Source: Neodothiora populina (lineage: Eukaryota). Taken from it: DNA of 64,000 nt. The notes beneath the pieces are model-generated. The model was not told where the DNA came from, searched no databases, and was given only the letters and a program-made list of their open reading frames with translations. Shown here one piece after another: positions 38,819-52,078 of the stretch. Location: assembly GCF_041146345.1 (NCBI RefSeq), contig NW_027191404.1, positions 1,736,001 through 1,800,000 of the forward strand, written 5' to 3'. The first letter of the stretch is position 1, and each line of letters begins with the position of its first letter. Position numbers and translations under genes: made by a program.

Positions 38819-39486
38819 ATGCCTACCAGACTCAGCAACACCCGCAAGCAGTATGTCATCACTCTTGATTTCGAGCATCGCAAAGAAAGCAGTATCGCAC
38901 ATTTCCAAAATACCGGAGACATGCGAGAATTGCTGCGAGAGCCTTGAGAGGATCCTCCGAAATGGATGAAGAACACCAAATACTGACATGAGAAAAACAG
39001 CCGCGGTCACGTTTCGGCCGGTCACGGTCGCGTTGGCAAGCACAGAAAGCATCCCGGTGGTCGTGGTATGGCCGGTGGTCAGCACCACCACCGCACCAAC
39101 ATTGACAAGTACCATCCCGGTTACTTCGGAAAGGTTGGTATGCGCTACTTCCACAAGCTGCAAAACCAGTTCTGGAAGCCCGTCATCAACCTCGACAAGG
39201 TATGTGTTTTGCCCTTTTTTCGGATTCAAAACATCTCGAGCAAGGTCTGACTTTTCATCTTCAGCTCTGGTCCCTCGTCCCTGCTGAGCAGCGCGAGAAG
39301 TACCTCGCTGGCAAGGGCTCCGCTGAGACCGCCCCTGTCCTCGACCTCCTTCCCCTCGGTTACTCCAAGGTCCTCGGAAAGGGTCGTCTCCCCGAGGTCC
39401 CCCTCATTGTCCGCGCCCGCTACTTCTCCAAGGATGCCGAGCGCAAGATCAAGGAGGCCGGCGGTGTCGTCCAGCTCGTCGCATAA
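38819..39486 (+). CDS. RPL28: 60S ribosomal protein uL15 (yeast L28 / L27a)
   Basis: Exons 38819-38850, 39001-39199 and 39265-39486 give [62 protein letters not shown]...[13 protein letters not shown]. Confidence 0.97.
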
Positions 39487-40125
39487 GCGCGTCACCTCCA
39501 ACCACCACAAAAAAAGTCGTGTTTTCGAGATACCCATACTTTCATCTTGGCTGATGGGTTAGCTGGGGACAAAACCAAAGAGAAACTGGCAAGGCATTTT
39601 TATTAGGGTTTTTTCTTTCTGTTCTGAAAAGAAAGAAACAAAAACTCTTTCAGCGTGGTGGCTGAGGGATGCAAGATCATTCACGTAGCTTAGCTGCAAT
39701 GAAATCGAAAGCTCCCTGAACAAACCAAACCTCTTGAGTGGGCAGAGGTGCCGGCCTTTTTTTTTTCTGCGAAAGGCCACCCTCTTGCTTTTCTTCTGTG
39801 CAAGTGATGTGACGTCGCGACGCTTTGATTGTGTGACCATATGACATGCTACTAACATGTGCCGGCAACAGGCGCGATACAACCATCTGATCTTTATGTG
39901 CTCAACTGTATATCCAAGTACTCATGAGGTATAGGTGAGCTTTGCTTCTACATCAAATTCGACATTCAACGTTCAGTAGCCCATATTCCGTAGACTTGTG
40001 TAAGAAGAATCTTTATCAGACAATAAACGAAACATCCCAAATACCACCCCAAAAAAAACCCCCACTTCTTGTACCTGCCCTCTGGTGACATCTTCAATCA
40101 GCATAAAAAAACACCCTTTTGCCAC

Positions 40126-40845
40126 TGCTGCTGCTGCTGCTGCTTAAGTGAAAAACAGATATTGCTCACACCAAATGATGAACATCGCATCTATGCTAGG
40201 TCTTCATTTTATGTATCAAATACGCTCTGGAAATCCATAAGTTTTCCTCTCATCTTACTCCTCTTTCCCTGCATCTCCCCTGCGCCACCGACGCGTTTAG
40301 AGAGCTCGCTGGCAAGCGTGTGTGGGATCAGTCATTCAGTCAGTCATTCGGTCAGCCATTCAGTAAGTCAATCAGTGAGTAAGTCGTCCAAAGCAGAAAG
40401 AGAGCAGAAAGATGACCACGACCACAGATTACGTCAGCGCTCTGGCCGGCCAGGAGGGGGAGGAGGAGGAGGGGGTGATGTGAACGGACAGGACAGGGTC
40501 GCCCTCTCCTCTGTTTGCTTCAGTATACCTTCCACACCTCATACTTTCATATATAAGAGAAAGAAATAGAAAGGGGATATTTAGACGATATGCAATAGCA
40601 TCTCTTCTTGCCCTGGGAGGTCCCTGAGGGGCGTTATTCGTCTCTCAGATAGACTTGGACCTCTGTCTGGATCTGGGATTGGGCTTGGGTGTTTGGTATA
40701 TACCTTGTCTGGTCTAGTCTGGTCTAGACAAATGCTTCCATGTAGGGTTTTGCTGCTTTCGTCTTTCGTCTTTCGTCTTTCCTCTTGACTCTGGTATATA
40801 GTGTATAGTGTATGGTGTATGGTGTATGGTGTATGGTGTATGGTG
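40126..40845. repeat. Cluster of simple sequence repeats
   Basis: (CTG)6 near 40126, CAGT/CATT tetramers 40329-40380, (GGA)n near 40455, (CGTCTTT)3 40760-40780 and (TATRGTG)7 40797-40845. Confidence 0.9.
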
Positions 40846-41273
40846 CATGCTGCATGGGCGAGTAGATTGGAACGTGAAAAGAGCTGGACTGGATGGATAT
40901 GTCTCTATTCACAAAAAAACAATACTCTGGATCGTCGTTGGGGGTATCTCAGGTACTCCTCTTCTTTGCATCTTATATGTTGCTGTGTGTACATTATGTG
41001 TAGTTTGAATGGTTTGACGGTGTACCTCTCATTGTCTATTTCTTGTTCTTATGTCTGTTTCTGGGGGGTGATATAGCGAGTACGAGAAGAGAATGACTGG
41101 GCAGTAATCCGCGTGGCTTCTATAGTACATCTTTCATGTGTCCATTTCTCGATTTTGATATAGCGAGTACGAGAAACGGAAGACTGGGCAGGATTCGGAT
41201 GGGAAAAGTCTATGGTTTCGCTATACTGTTCGAGAAGTGCAGAAAATGACACTTCTACTACTACTAGTCTTCA

Positions 41274-44200
41274 TTATAGCTCATCGTGAGCACTCTTCGC
41301 CTTCGCCGCCGCCGCAGCAGCCTCCTCAGCATCCTTCTTCTGCATCTCAGCCTGCAGCGAAGCACCCTGCCCGGCACCGCCCACGACCGCCAAGTTCTCC
41401 AGCGCCTTCCGCTTGGCCACCTCTGCGATCTCCGCATCATAGATGCCCCACTCGGGCACCTGGCGTCTGGCTCTGTCGAGCTTGGGCTCTTTCGTCAGCG
41501 GGTTGTTGCACAGGTCAATAGTCCTGGCGACGCCGAGACTCTCATCGCTGCACCACGTTTCGCACCAGAGCCATTCCTGCGGCAGGCTGTGGATGGGCAG
41601 CACGTGTTGCATGTGGTTCGGCAGGTCTTGATCCAAATTGCTCAGACTCGCGGGGTCGGCCGAGAGTTGGTGGTATTGCTGTCGCAGACGGTCGCCTGCT
41701 GCGATCTGGCGGAAGCGGACGAGATCGACCACGTATAGTGCTGAGATGTGGTAGGGGAGGCCGCGCAGGAAGTTTTTCCAGTAGCCTTGTTTCCAGAAGC
41801 GGAAGCCCTCCATCTCGGTGCGTGAGTCGCACATGGGTGTGAAGCCGTATGGGGCGCCCTTGAGGTCGTATTGCACGAGTTCATACATGTCTGTTCGCAC
41901 GATCTGATCTGCATCGACGAAGATGACTTTGTCGAGGTCGAGAGGGAAAAGAACGTCAAGGAACAAAATCTTGTATCCCCAGATCTCGCGTTGCTTTTCC
42001 TTTTGTGAGCGTAGCCAGTGTGGCCATTTGTAAGTCACCATCTCGTAGCGGAAGCCGTATTCTTCGGCCAGAGTCGGCAAGAAGGCCTTGAACGACGGCG
42101 ACAAGAACTGCTCGATGAACCAGAACTTCACTGTGTGAGAGGTGTGTTTCATGACCGACAACATCATAATGTTGAGCATTCGCTCGTAAAGATGACCGGA
42201 GGCAACAGAGAAAATGTTAATGTCTGCATGAGGCAGGGTCTGAACATCAGTAGTGCTGCTGTACTTTCCTGACAGGAGATTGTTGCCGAGTTTCTGGGCT
42301 TTGGATAATAGATCGCCTGACTTGACGTTACCAAGTCCCACTTTCGACAGTAGAGCGTCTGTCTTTCGTGCCACCTCATCAACAGCTGTCTTGGTTGCTT
42401 CCAGCACATCCTCGTCTTCCATGCCTGGCTTCCTCGACAACATCGGGAACAAGGTATTGCCACGGAACGTCGTTAGGGCAATCTGGGTCGTCGGCTCACC
42501 CTTTTGTTCCTGAGCCCCTACGCTGTCAATGTGGAAGATCTCCTCGCTACGTCCTTGCTGCAGGGTTAGGTTATAGTATCCTGGGTTCGCTTTGAACTGG
42601 AAGTAGCCTAGATTAGACATGATGATCGTGTCGGCGGAGTGAGGATTCTTTGCAGTGCCTAGGACCAGTTGGGCTCCTCTAGGTGCTGAACCCACAGTCA
42701 CATCGCGGGAGTGTCCTTCAATGAGAATATACTGAAGCCCATAGATGGCGTTGATGTCAGCGCCGTCCTTGACTGAGCTCAGCTTGATGTTGTCAAGGTC
42801 GTGAATACTGTCTATCGGTGCGACAACCCACGAGGGAGGTACATCCATTGCCATGGTGAGCAAAGCATCCGCAGGTAGTCCATCGAAATGCGCAGCCAGG
42901 GCCTTTAGACTGCCGGCCTCATCGAATGAGGGCTTCGACTCCAGGACATGTCTATAGAAGCGTTTGACAGGCAGTTCTTCGAGTCTGTCTTTTGGATTCA
43001 CGAAGATCCGTGTATGAATTCCCTGCATCTCAGTGAGAACTTTGATGATGGGGACCCATCGCTGAGCCACCTCAGATGCAGGATCTATGGACGCCACAAC
43101 TTGTATGCTTGCTGTGCTAATATCGCCAATCTCGATGGCGGTGAAGTCAGAACTCCATTTTTCAAAGACTGCGGTTCGTGCAGGAGGGACCGAGTCGAAG
43201 ACACCTTCAGGTACGTCCGAAGATGACGAAAGGGCAATCAGATTAGTGAGCTTAGCAAAGGCCAATGGCGTGTTGGTCCTGCTTTCCAAGCCTAATTCCT
43301 GAATTGCCGCTGCGGCTGGAATCAGATGCTTTTTCCTCTCATATGCAAAGAGAGTATCGAAGGCTTCGCTGGTGAATTCGACATCTGCAGGCAAAGGACC
43401 AACAACACGACCGTTGAGCAGGATGGTGCTATCGCCAGGCTTGATGTTTGCAATCTCTAACAAGGGTGCTGCAGCTGTCCAACTGGACTGAGTACGAGCA
43501 GTGTCAGACTGTTCGTGTTCTCCAGTTTTGGCCAGTAAGTGTTCGATGCTCTCAATGCTGACATCTGCCGCTCCAGAAAGATGTTGGTAGAGGTCTTCTG
43601 AAAAGCCCACAGACTCTGCGTTGGCAGTTGGGCTGTGGACGAAGATGAGCTCTACATTGTCATACTCTTTGCGGAATGCCAAAGCCTGCGAGACGAGATT
43701 CTTGCCAGCATCAGAGTCCAAGTCGGAGACGACGATCATGTGAGCCAGCTCGGACTCGATTGTATTCTCATTCGCAGGGATGCTTTTCAATTGCCCCAAG
43801 AACTCGCCAGCTGCTGCATAAATTTCAGACAGACTGACATGACGAATGTCTGCTTCATTCTCGGGAATGATGACAGGGTTACGGCGGGATGACGAGCCTG
43901 TGAGAAAGAGGCTGGGGACATAATCATCGTCGCCGATGACCTCTTCATAGACAGCCTTCTGGATTACTCGGGAGTCAAGCGTGACTCTGTTGCTCATCTC
44001 CTGTAGCCAGTCGTCTGTCCTCTGGATGGTGACCCCGTTTGCGAAATACGGAGGCGCACTTCCCGTCGCTCCAAGTCGTTGCAGATATTTCTGTGCTGAT
44101 GCTAGTTGGCCTTGTGATTCTTCGTTCTGAAGTACCTGTTCCATGGACAGAGCTTTTCGGTCCTTTCTCAGCTTGCGGTCTTTGACTGATCCGTCGAATA

Positions 44201-46042
44201 CGGCCTGGGCGGGTGCCAGCGCTTTTCTGCCGTGCTTGAGCGAGATCTATGTATCTCCAGTCAATTCATCATCATCTCAAATTGAACAGCAGCTGTACGC
44301 ACCTTTTCGAGATAATCCATGACCGCACTGGGGCCATATGTCCGGAGCAAGTGGTAGACAATCTGAGCCTGCGCGGAGGAAGCGTCCGAATCCGTTCGTG
44401 GAACAAGACCGAATCGTATGGGAACCTTGCGCACTACAAAGTTCTGCAAGTTCTCCACCACGAGCTGAACATCCTTATGGTCGGCGAAATCGATTGGTAG
44501 GATCAGAGTGTGAGCTTCCTTGCGGACCGGAGGCAATTGTCCTGGGAATGTTCGTTGAAGGAACTGGAAAGGTTAGCAAGGAGGAGAGTCGCTGTCTTCA
44601 GTCAAGTGAACTTACAGCTCTGACGACGGATGTCCACTCTGCATATCTTTTGTCGTGTTCTATATCATTGAGCCACATGATCACATTGCCTCCTTCCAGC
44701 TCGTCCTGCCAGTTGTAGCGTTGAGGCTCTTGCTGGGATGCTTCTTGAGCAATAGAGGGGTGAGACAAGAGCTGGATGGCCTCGTTGCCAGAGAGCCCCA
44801 GCTCGCCAGCACTGCCAATGAGCTTTCTTTCCTTTCGTAAAAGTTCAAGGACAAAGTAGGCGTCAAAGTCACGAGCAAGCACTTGAACACCGTTGATCCA
44901 GAGGATATTGAAACCCGGAGGCAGGAAGATGTCCCGGTTGGAACTGTGTTCCTTCTTGAAGTCGACGGAGATGTTGTTGGCGGCCATGGCCTGGGAGTGT
45001 TTCGGGAAGTCCTGAACCAGCCTGTGAAGAGTGTCGAGAGGGTCTGCACTCGCCATGACGAAACTGGCGGCCTTCAGATCGAGTCCGCGAAGCTCGGAAG
45101 CCGAAAGAGGCTTCAGGTCTGCCACTTCTGTGTCCTTCAGAGTAGCCTCCGGGGCAACGGTTTCTTCGGTAGCCTCATCGTTCTCTGACTGGCGATCATC
45201 GATGACAATGTAGTCGGTTCTCTTCAAGGCCAATTCAACACCATAGCCGCTCACTGACAGCGGGAGTCTTGGTGCAGCAGATGACGGCTTGTAGCGCACT
45301 CTGTAAGACGTCTTTCCGGCTTTGGCTGTCGCGCTCACAGTCTGGTGAAATCGACGGAACTGCGGCGACATCAGGTCTGCGTAGAGAATCGACGGTGTCT
45401 TGCTGGCTGAATCTCCAAGGATACGGTCGAAAGGCAGATCACTCAGGTCACTGTGAGCGGTCAGCTCGTGTAAATCTTACAGCTGTGATGCAGCAACAAC
45501 ATACCCTTCCTTGACAGCGGCCCCGGACGTGGCAGCGAGGTCTGGAGTGCAGTACTGCCGTCCATTGAAGTGCATCCAGCTCTCGCAGCCATCCCCCTCT
45601 CCGTTCTGTATTGAAGGCAGCACAGAAGTGTTGTAGAACTGATAGTGTGCCTCGATCCTCGGAGCAGTAGAGTGGATAGAAAGAGCGAACTGGAAAGACG
45701 ATAGAGACACGGCATCAGCAATGTGACCATCGTCTTGTAGTGTGTGCAGGAATAGATCATAGAGGTCGGCGTCGGTCTTCACATGGTCGAAATGGCCTTC
45801 CGCAATGCGATCCAAAAGTGGGAAATAAGATGTGGCATTCTCATCCGCCGCTGTCTCTCTATGGGAAGCGTCAGTTGGAGGTAGAGTAATGATCAGAAGG
45901 GTGAGTTGGATTACAATAGTTCGACGAGAAAGGGTGCCGAGTCAAAGGATGCATGCAATGCTACATTGATCGCTGGACTCGCATACACACCCACAGTACA
46001 ACTTCCAAGAAGCGCCAACAGTGGTGCTCTGTTGAGTATCAT
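41274..46042 (-). CDS. KRE5: UDP-glucose:glycoprotein glucosyltransferase (UGGT, GT24)
   Basis: Signal peptide; SGYGVELALKRTDYIVIDDR; catalytic domain INIFSVASGHLYER, YKILFLDVLFP, FVDADQ, DQDLPN, WLWCETWC; C-terminal HDEL. Several introns in the 5' half. Confidence 0.95.
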
Positions 46043-46433
46043 GGTCAATAGTGTGCAATGATCGGTTGATAGAGTGCAAGAGTAAAAGAGGATTTGAATT
46101 GCATGTGATTATAGTCACTTCGCGGTCAAATCAGCGCACTAGACTCGCATGCTGGAAAACAGGCATCTGGAACACAAGTGATGCTCCTTGAATTGTATAT
46201 AGCAAGGTATGAAACCACACAGACAACCTTATAAGATATAGAGGATTATATCATGTTGCTGTTTCAAAATGGCCAAAGACACATGTCATCTGGGGTAAAA
46301 CGCGTATTGTTTGACGTGTTTGTCGACGAGACGGACATAAGAAACTCGTGTATCCGAGGGACCACTGGTTGTTCGTAGAAGCCATTACATTATTCTGATT
46401 CCTTCTTATCTATCGTGTCTCCATCATCGTGGT

Positions 46434-48570
46434 TTAGTCGTCCTCTATCTTTACCTTGTCCGCATACTCGAGAATGTTGGAAACAACGGTGTTTTCGATC
46501 AGATGCCCTTTGCCTCCAGCAACCCGGAGGATGAGATCATTCAGCGATGATCTGCCTAGGATATCGACATGGTCGCCTGCAATTCTTATATTAGCCAACC
46601 TGGACTCGTATGTTTTCGCGTAGTGGCTTGACTCACCTGTATTTGGGCCGCCTCTAGGTGAGAATCGATCGGGCTCGTGAGGCATCTCGAAAGTCGTGAT
46701 TTTGGCACCCGCTGGGTTGTACCTCTTCATCTTCCATCCCTTGTTGCACATGTACCCTGTGCTGAGCAGGTTCACCGTGCCATCACCTTCGCCCATGACC
46801 ACACCGTGATCGACGCCTGGATCTGGGAAGGTGGCTGCTGTGTCGAGTGTAACGTCATTGCGGCCCTCGGCTTCACTGTCTTCTCGGTAGAAGTAGGCTC
46901 TCTCGGTGGGTTTGCCGATACCATAGAAGCAATAGATCTTCAAGCTCGGCGCAAGAGGGAGACGAGTCTCGAGTGGGTTCGTCCATTTGGCCGGGATCTT
47001 TTGGTTAGCTTCAACTTCTTTCGTGCTGTGTGCTACTCCAAACGAATAAGCGTCAAGCACCGCTTTCTTGTACCATTCCTCGGAATGTTTGAAGAGGAAA
47101 GGAAGCGCCTCTTCTACCGTCAGGTTCTTCGAAGCGGCCAAGGTGGAGTTCTTAGGAGCTCTGAAGTTGAGGAAGCGACCATAAGTGACGTTCTGGCCAG
47201 GCATATCGTCGGGGGCTCCGGTTTCGTCACCCCAGACTGCATTGCCTCCCATGGGAAGCATACTCGAAATACCTGATGTCCTGCATTAGCAATTGACAAT
47301 AAAAAGCGACTGCAATGATTGTTACCTGGCATCGCGCGGAAGATCTCCGCCCTCTCGTGTCTACTGAGAAACTTCTCGAGACCGTATACAGCAAAAGCAT
47401 TGAGCTGAGCAGTGTCTTTCATTTCACCAGATAGCACGGCAGGCATACCCTTCAATGCGCCCAGCATACAGCCAGAAATATTGATCCACGAATCCACGTG
47501 CTTCTCGACCCAGTCGTGGCCACCGTTTCCATGCTCGTTTGACTCGACCCAGTGGAAGAAGTAGTAGAGCACCTGCGATCCCATGGAATGGCTGAGAAGG
47601 ACAACCTTTTTGTCGGAGATGAGCTTTGCCAACTCGATGTGCGTCTTTAAGCGTGTGAAATATTGATCTCTTTTCTCGTAATTCATGTAGCTCATTCTCC
47701 AGTCGTAGGCGGCCGTGAATGCATTAGACGGGTCATAGCCGATGGTGGCCAGGTTCTCCAAGATCTTGTTCCAGATCCAGTAGCCAGTGATGAAGAAATC
47801 AGTGGCGTCGAATCCCTGAGCCGCTCTGAGCTTGATGCCCGGTGGATCCATTCCAGTGTTCTTGTCGAGCATGATGTGCCGTTTCCATCCTGCCTTGTCG
47901 AGGACCAGAGCGCGCATCATGCTCCAACTGCCCCACAGCCTCTTTCTGAAATACTGTCGCGACGAGTCGTCTGTACCCCAACTCTCCAGACCGGTCGAGA
48001 TGACTCCAGGGATCATGATGACGGGATGGCTGGCTCTGATGCCCTGCGATTGCGCATGCAGACCGACGGAGAAGGAATCGTAGTTGACGGCATCGCGCTC
48101 ATGTCTCTAACAAACAGCATCACAAGAGTTAGTCTTCAGTCGCATCGAGAGGGAAATATGATGTAGGTAAGTAAAGGCGACAGCAGTAACAACAACATGA
48201 GACCAACCTGCAAGTCACGCGCATCATTGATCAGACCAGCCGGCAACACATCGAAGATGGAGTCGAGATTCAAGCCTTCGAGGGAGACCAGATCCATCAG
48301 ATCATTACTGCTTGCAAAGAAGCCCGCCAGCACGAGACCGAAGAGGCCTCCGAGGCCAAAAACCCAGGCATTGCGCCTCTTGCTTCCTTTTGATTTCTTG
48401 GATTTCGTCGAATCGATGTCGTCGGCTTTACTCGCAGGCACGACCTTGTAGTCTCTGGCATCTGCTGCGGACGACGGACTGCCTTCTCTCGATGCCTCCT
48501 GGGACGACGGCGCGAGAGCAGGCGAGTCTCCTCTGCTGACGCCAAAGATGCGCCTACGGAGCTCTGACAT
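46434..48570 (-). CDS. LRO1: Phospholipid:diacylglycerol acyltransferase (LCAT family)
   Basis: Single N-terminal TM segment (WVFGLGGLFGLVLAGFFA); MIPGVISTGLESW; AYDWR; nucleophile motif SHSMG; GDGTVNLLS; HVDILG. Three introns. Confidence 0.93.
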
Positions 48571-48994
48571 GGACCCAGAAAGGCCGTGAGTGGTTTTGAT
48601 GGGCGGGTGGCGGTGGAATTATGTATACAGTATATCTATATTTATTTCTGGGCGGCGCGGCGAGCTAAGATGACACCAGCAATAATATATGTAAGTGATC
48701 GCTGCGGCGGCTATGGCGCATTAGTTACTGTCAAGTTACCCTTGACCTTTAACCGTGTCTGTGTACCTTTTGACCAACCCCATCGCTAAAAGAAAGACAA
48801 GACTCATCGGGCATAAAAGTAACCTAATTCCAACCAGCAGGTCGGGGGAAGTGGAATCTGCCAGACAACGTCATTGCGAACACGGCCGCCCCGCGCTGAG
48901 CTGTACTGTAATTACTGTCCCTTGCACTGAAGTGGAAACCCGCGTTTGCATCCATCGACCAACAGCTGTTGTATGATCATTCTCCTTGGATGTT

Positions 48995-49683
48995 ATGAGC
49001 AGTCACGCGCCCGCGGACAATCCCACCGTCACTACTGAGGATGGTGCAGCAGCACTTCGGTACATCCAGTATGATGCGCAAAAGGAGAACGAGCATCTGC
49101 CTGCCATCCGAGACTTGATCTCCAAGGATCTTTCCGAGCCGTACAGCATTTATGTCTATCGATATTTTTTATATCAGTGGGGAGACCTCTGTTATATGGT
49201 GTGTTTTGTGGCAACAGAGATCTTGTTGATGTTCATGCAGATACTCATGATTTGCTTACTATTTTTCTAGACTCAAGACCAGAATGGAAAATTGATTGGA
49301 GTCGTCGTCTGCAAACTTGAGCCTCACCGTGGCGGCCCCTTACGGGGTTACATTGCAATGCTTGCAGTGGAGACCACGCATAGAGGCAAAGGCATTGCTA
49401 CCAAGCTTGTTTGCATGGCTATCGATGCCATGATTGCAAAGGGTGCAGACGAGGTTCGACCCTCACTGAACCTTGACCAATCCAGGTACTTTTGCTGACC
49501 GACTCGCAGATTGCTCTGGAGACCGAAACCGACAACATTGCTTCTTTGAAGCTATATGAACGACTGGGATTCCTTCGAACGAAGCGGTTGCATCGCTACT
49601 ACCTCAATGGCAATCCTGCCTACCGACTGATCTTGTACATCACCCCTGGAACAGGACTGAAGCCTACAGTCCCACCGTTCTGA
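48995..49683 (+). CDS. MAK3: N-terminal acetyltransferase NatC catalytic subunit (Naa30)
   Basis: DLSEPYSIYVYRYFLYQWG, RGYIAMLAV...RGKGIATKLV, ALETE...LYERLGF...RYYLNG. Two introns. Confidence 0.95.
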
Positions 49684-49781
49684 TCTAGGACACATGGGAC
49701 CTTGCATCCTTTATTTTTTATTTTTTTGTAGCAACGTGTAGAATACCCATATAGTTCAAGTAACCGCAGTCTTGTGTAATA

Positions 49782-51681
49782 TCATGACTGCAAAAGCTCC
49801 TCAATTACCTCTCTCGCCTTCTCTGCCTCCACAGTACCCTCCTCGGCGGTCCTGACAACTTGACCGACGAACCACATGATCTTTCCCTTCTGCCCCTTTT
49901 CTCGCACCGCCTTGACCATGTCTGGGTTCTCGTCCATGATCGAAGTGACGAGTGACACGAGCGCCGGCCGGTCCATTGGTCGTAGACGAAGATTACCTTC
50001 ATCGATTCGTGCATCTACAGTCTTGCTGTCGTCCGGGTTGTCGTACAGCTGTTGGAGAAGCTGCTTGGCGACCCGGCCCGTAATTTGCTTGCGGAGCAAG
50101 TTGGTCAAGATGGCGGCTAGATCCTCTGTCGTGACTGGCATTTCTGACCATTCTCGATCATCGGATGTGAGTAAACCTCCGATCTCATGTATGGCCCAGT
50201 TACCCGCAAGTCTGCCGACCTTGGAGATGTCGTTTGACGCATCCGTTTCGAGGGCAGCGAGGTTGCGTGATACCTTGGTGACAGTCTCTGCACAGTATTC
50301 GAGGCGTTCCCCGTCATCGAAAGCCAGTAACGTTTTGGCATCCTTCAAGGTCAGGCCAAAGTCCGAGACTGCTCGGGAAAGAGTGCTGTCCGGTAGCTCA
50401 GGCATTGTGGATCTTAGATGGTTGACCAGCTCCTCAGAGATGAACACTGGCTTCAGGTCCGGGTCAGGCATATATCGGTAGTCTACTTCTCCCTCCTTGC
50501 TTCGAAGTATCGTTGTCTCGGTGCTGCCAATTGTCCAACCTCGAGTCTCGCTCTCCACGACGCCACCGCTTTCGAGTACTTTGATTTGCCGATCTCTTTC
50601 TGCCTTTACTGCGTCCTCGACGGCTTTGAACGAACTCAAATTCTTGATCTCCGTCCTGGTCCCGAGCCCCTTGACTCCAGAGTATTCGTTGTTGTTGCCT
50701 TGTGACCCTCTTTTCTTGACACTGACGTTGACGTCGGCGCGGAGACCTCCCATCTCCATACCAGCTACACATGCGTCTACCGATCGCAGTAGCGATTGGA
50801 TCTTGCGCACCGTCGCGGCAGCCGTGGCTGGTGAGTGAATGTGGGGTAAGGTGATGATCTCGATCAATGGATGGGATACCCGATTGAAGTCCAAGAGATG
50901 CGTGGCAGGAGGCTGTAATGTACTCTTCGCGGTATCCTGCTCCATCTGAAGCTGCTTGATGCCGATAATTAGACTCGGCACAGAGGATGTATTTGGCGCT
51001 CCTTTCAGGTCATTCGGATCGATGCCATCTTCTAGTAGCAAAGTCAAGGATCCATCGCGAGCAAAGGGTTCTGAAGTGCCTGATCAGCCTCCGAGACGTC
51101 ATGTCACAGTAGTGAACTGCCATACCATAGTATTGAGTGATCTGGTAGCCATTAGGCTGATCCTGGTAGAAGTAATGCTTGCGATCCCAACTGCACCGCG
51201 GCTGGATCTGGCAATTGAGAGCCAGCGCCGCACGTAAGGCAGGGATCAGTGTGGCCTTTTGGAACAACGGTTGAGCTCCAGGGAGAGCGGCATCAAAGCG
51301 AGCAACGTGTGTATTCGGCTCTGCGTTTGTCGAGGTACACGCCTCGGAGAACAACTTGTGCGCCGTGTTCAGCTCGGCATGCACTTCGATGCCGACGGTC
51401 AATTCCCAGGCGCTTGCTGGATCCGCGGCTTCGGATGTCTGTGTGTTTGTCGCTGATGATGCTTTGGCGAGCTTCTTTTTCCTCTTAGCTTCGTCTTTCA
51501 GCTGCTTGCGAAGAGGCGTCGCATCAGACGCAGGCGGTGCATGGTTGCGGCGGCATGTGGACGAGATGGAGCGCACAAAGGGAGCTGCACATGATCTCGC
51601 TTCTCTCAATGCATTTTGTCTAGCATATTGCACGATGAGCCTCCCGTAGTTGGAGCTCTGCGGGCGCACGTGTAGTGGCAT
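49782..51681 (-). CDS. PET112: Mitochondrial glutamyl-tRNA(Gln) amidotransferase subunit B
   Basis: Basic presequence; VGIEVHAEL...[55 protein letters not shown]. One intron at ~51126-51071. Confidence 0.93.
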
Positions 51682-52078
51682 TGAAGCATGATGCGTCGCA
51701 GAGGACGGATTTACGAATGGAGATGCATAAGATACTTTCGGATGCAGTACATGGTCCCGAGCCGCCGAACCACAATTTGGCTGATCGATACTATATCGAG
51801 TCCTAATGACAAGGTATCAAGAGTTGTCCTCATGGTGCTAGATGTACAAACATAGACATATTGATGTACAGACATAGACATGTTGTCACTGATTTGACTT
51901 TCAGTCGAAACCAAACATCCCCGGTTCACATGGTCAAAACCACAGCGGCAAGGTGAGAACAGGTTATCTCTGAAGAGCATGTCTCATTGATAAGAGGTGG
52001 TTATCTAAGCACCCAGAATACGCCCAATTTGACCAAGAAACCCATTAACACGAGAAGCAATCATTCCAGACCTAGCAT

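Noticed and set aside
39601..39612. TTAGGGTTT as a possible telomerase RNA template or telomeric relic (also at ~54412)
   Set aside because: A single unit that does not match the UAACCCUAA template, with no supporting context.
39739..39850. H/ACA snoRNA reading of the two hairpins ending in ACA
   Set aside because: No ANANNA H box between the hairpins. The element is kept only as an intron-like finding.
40173..40260. ATGATGA as a possible C box of a C/D snoRNA
   Set aside because: No CTGA D box at a suitable distance and no recognisable rRNA guide.
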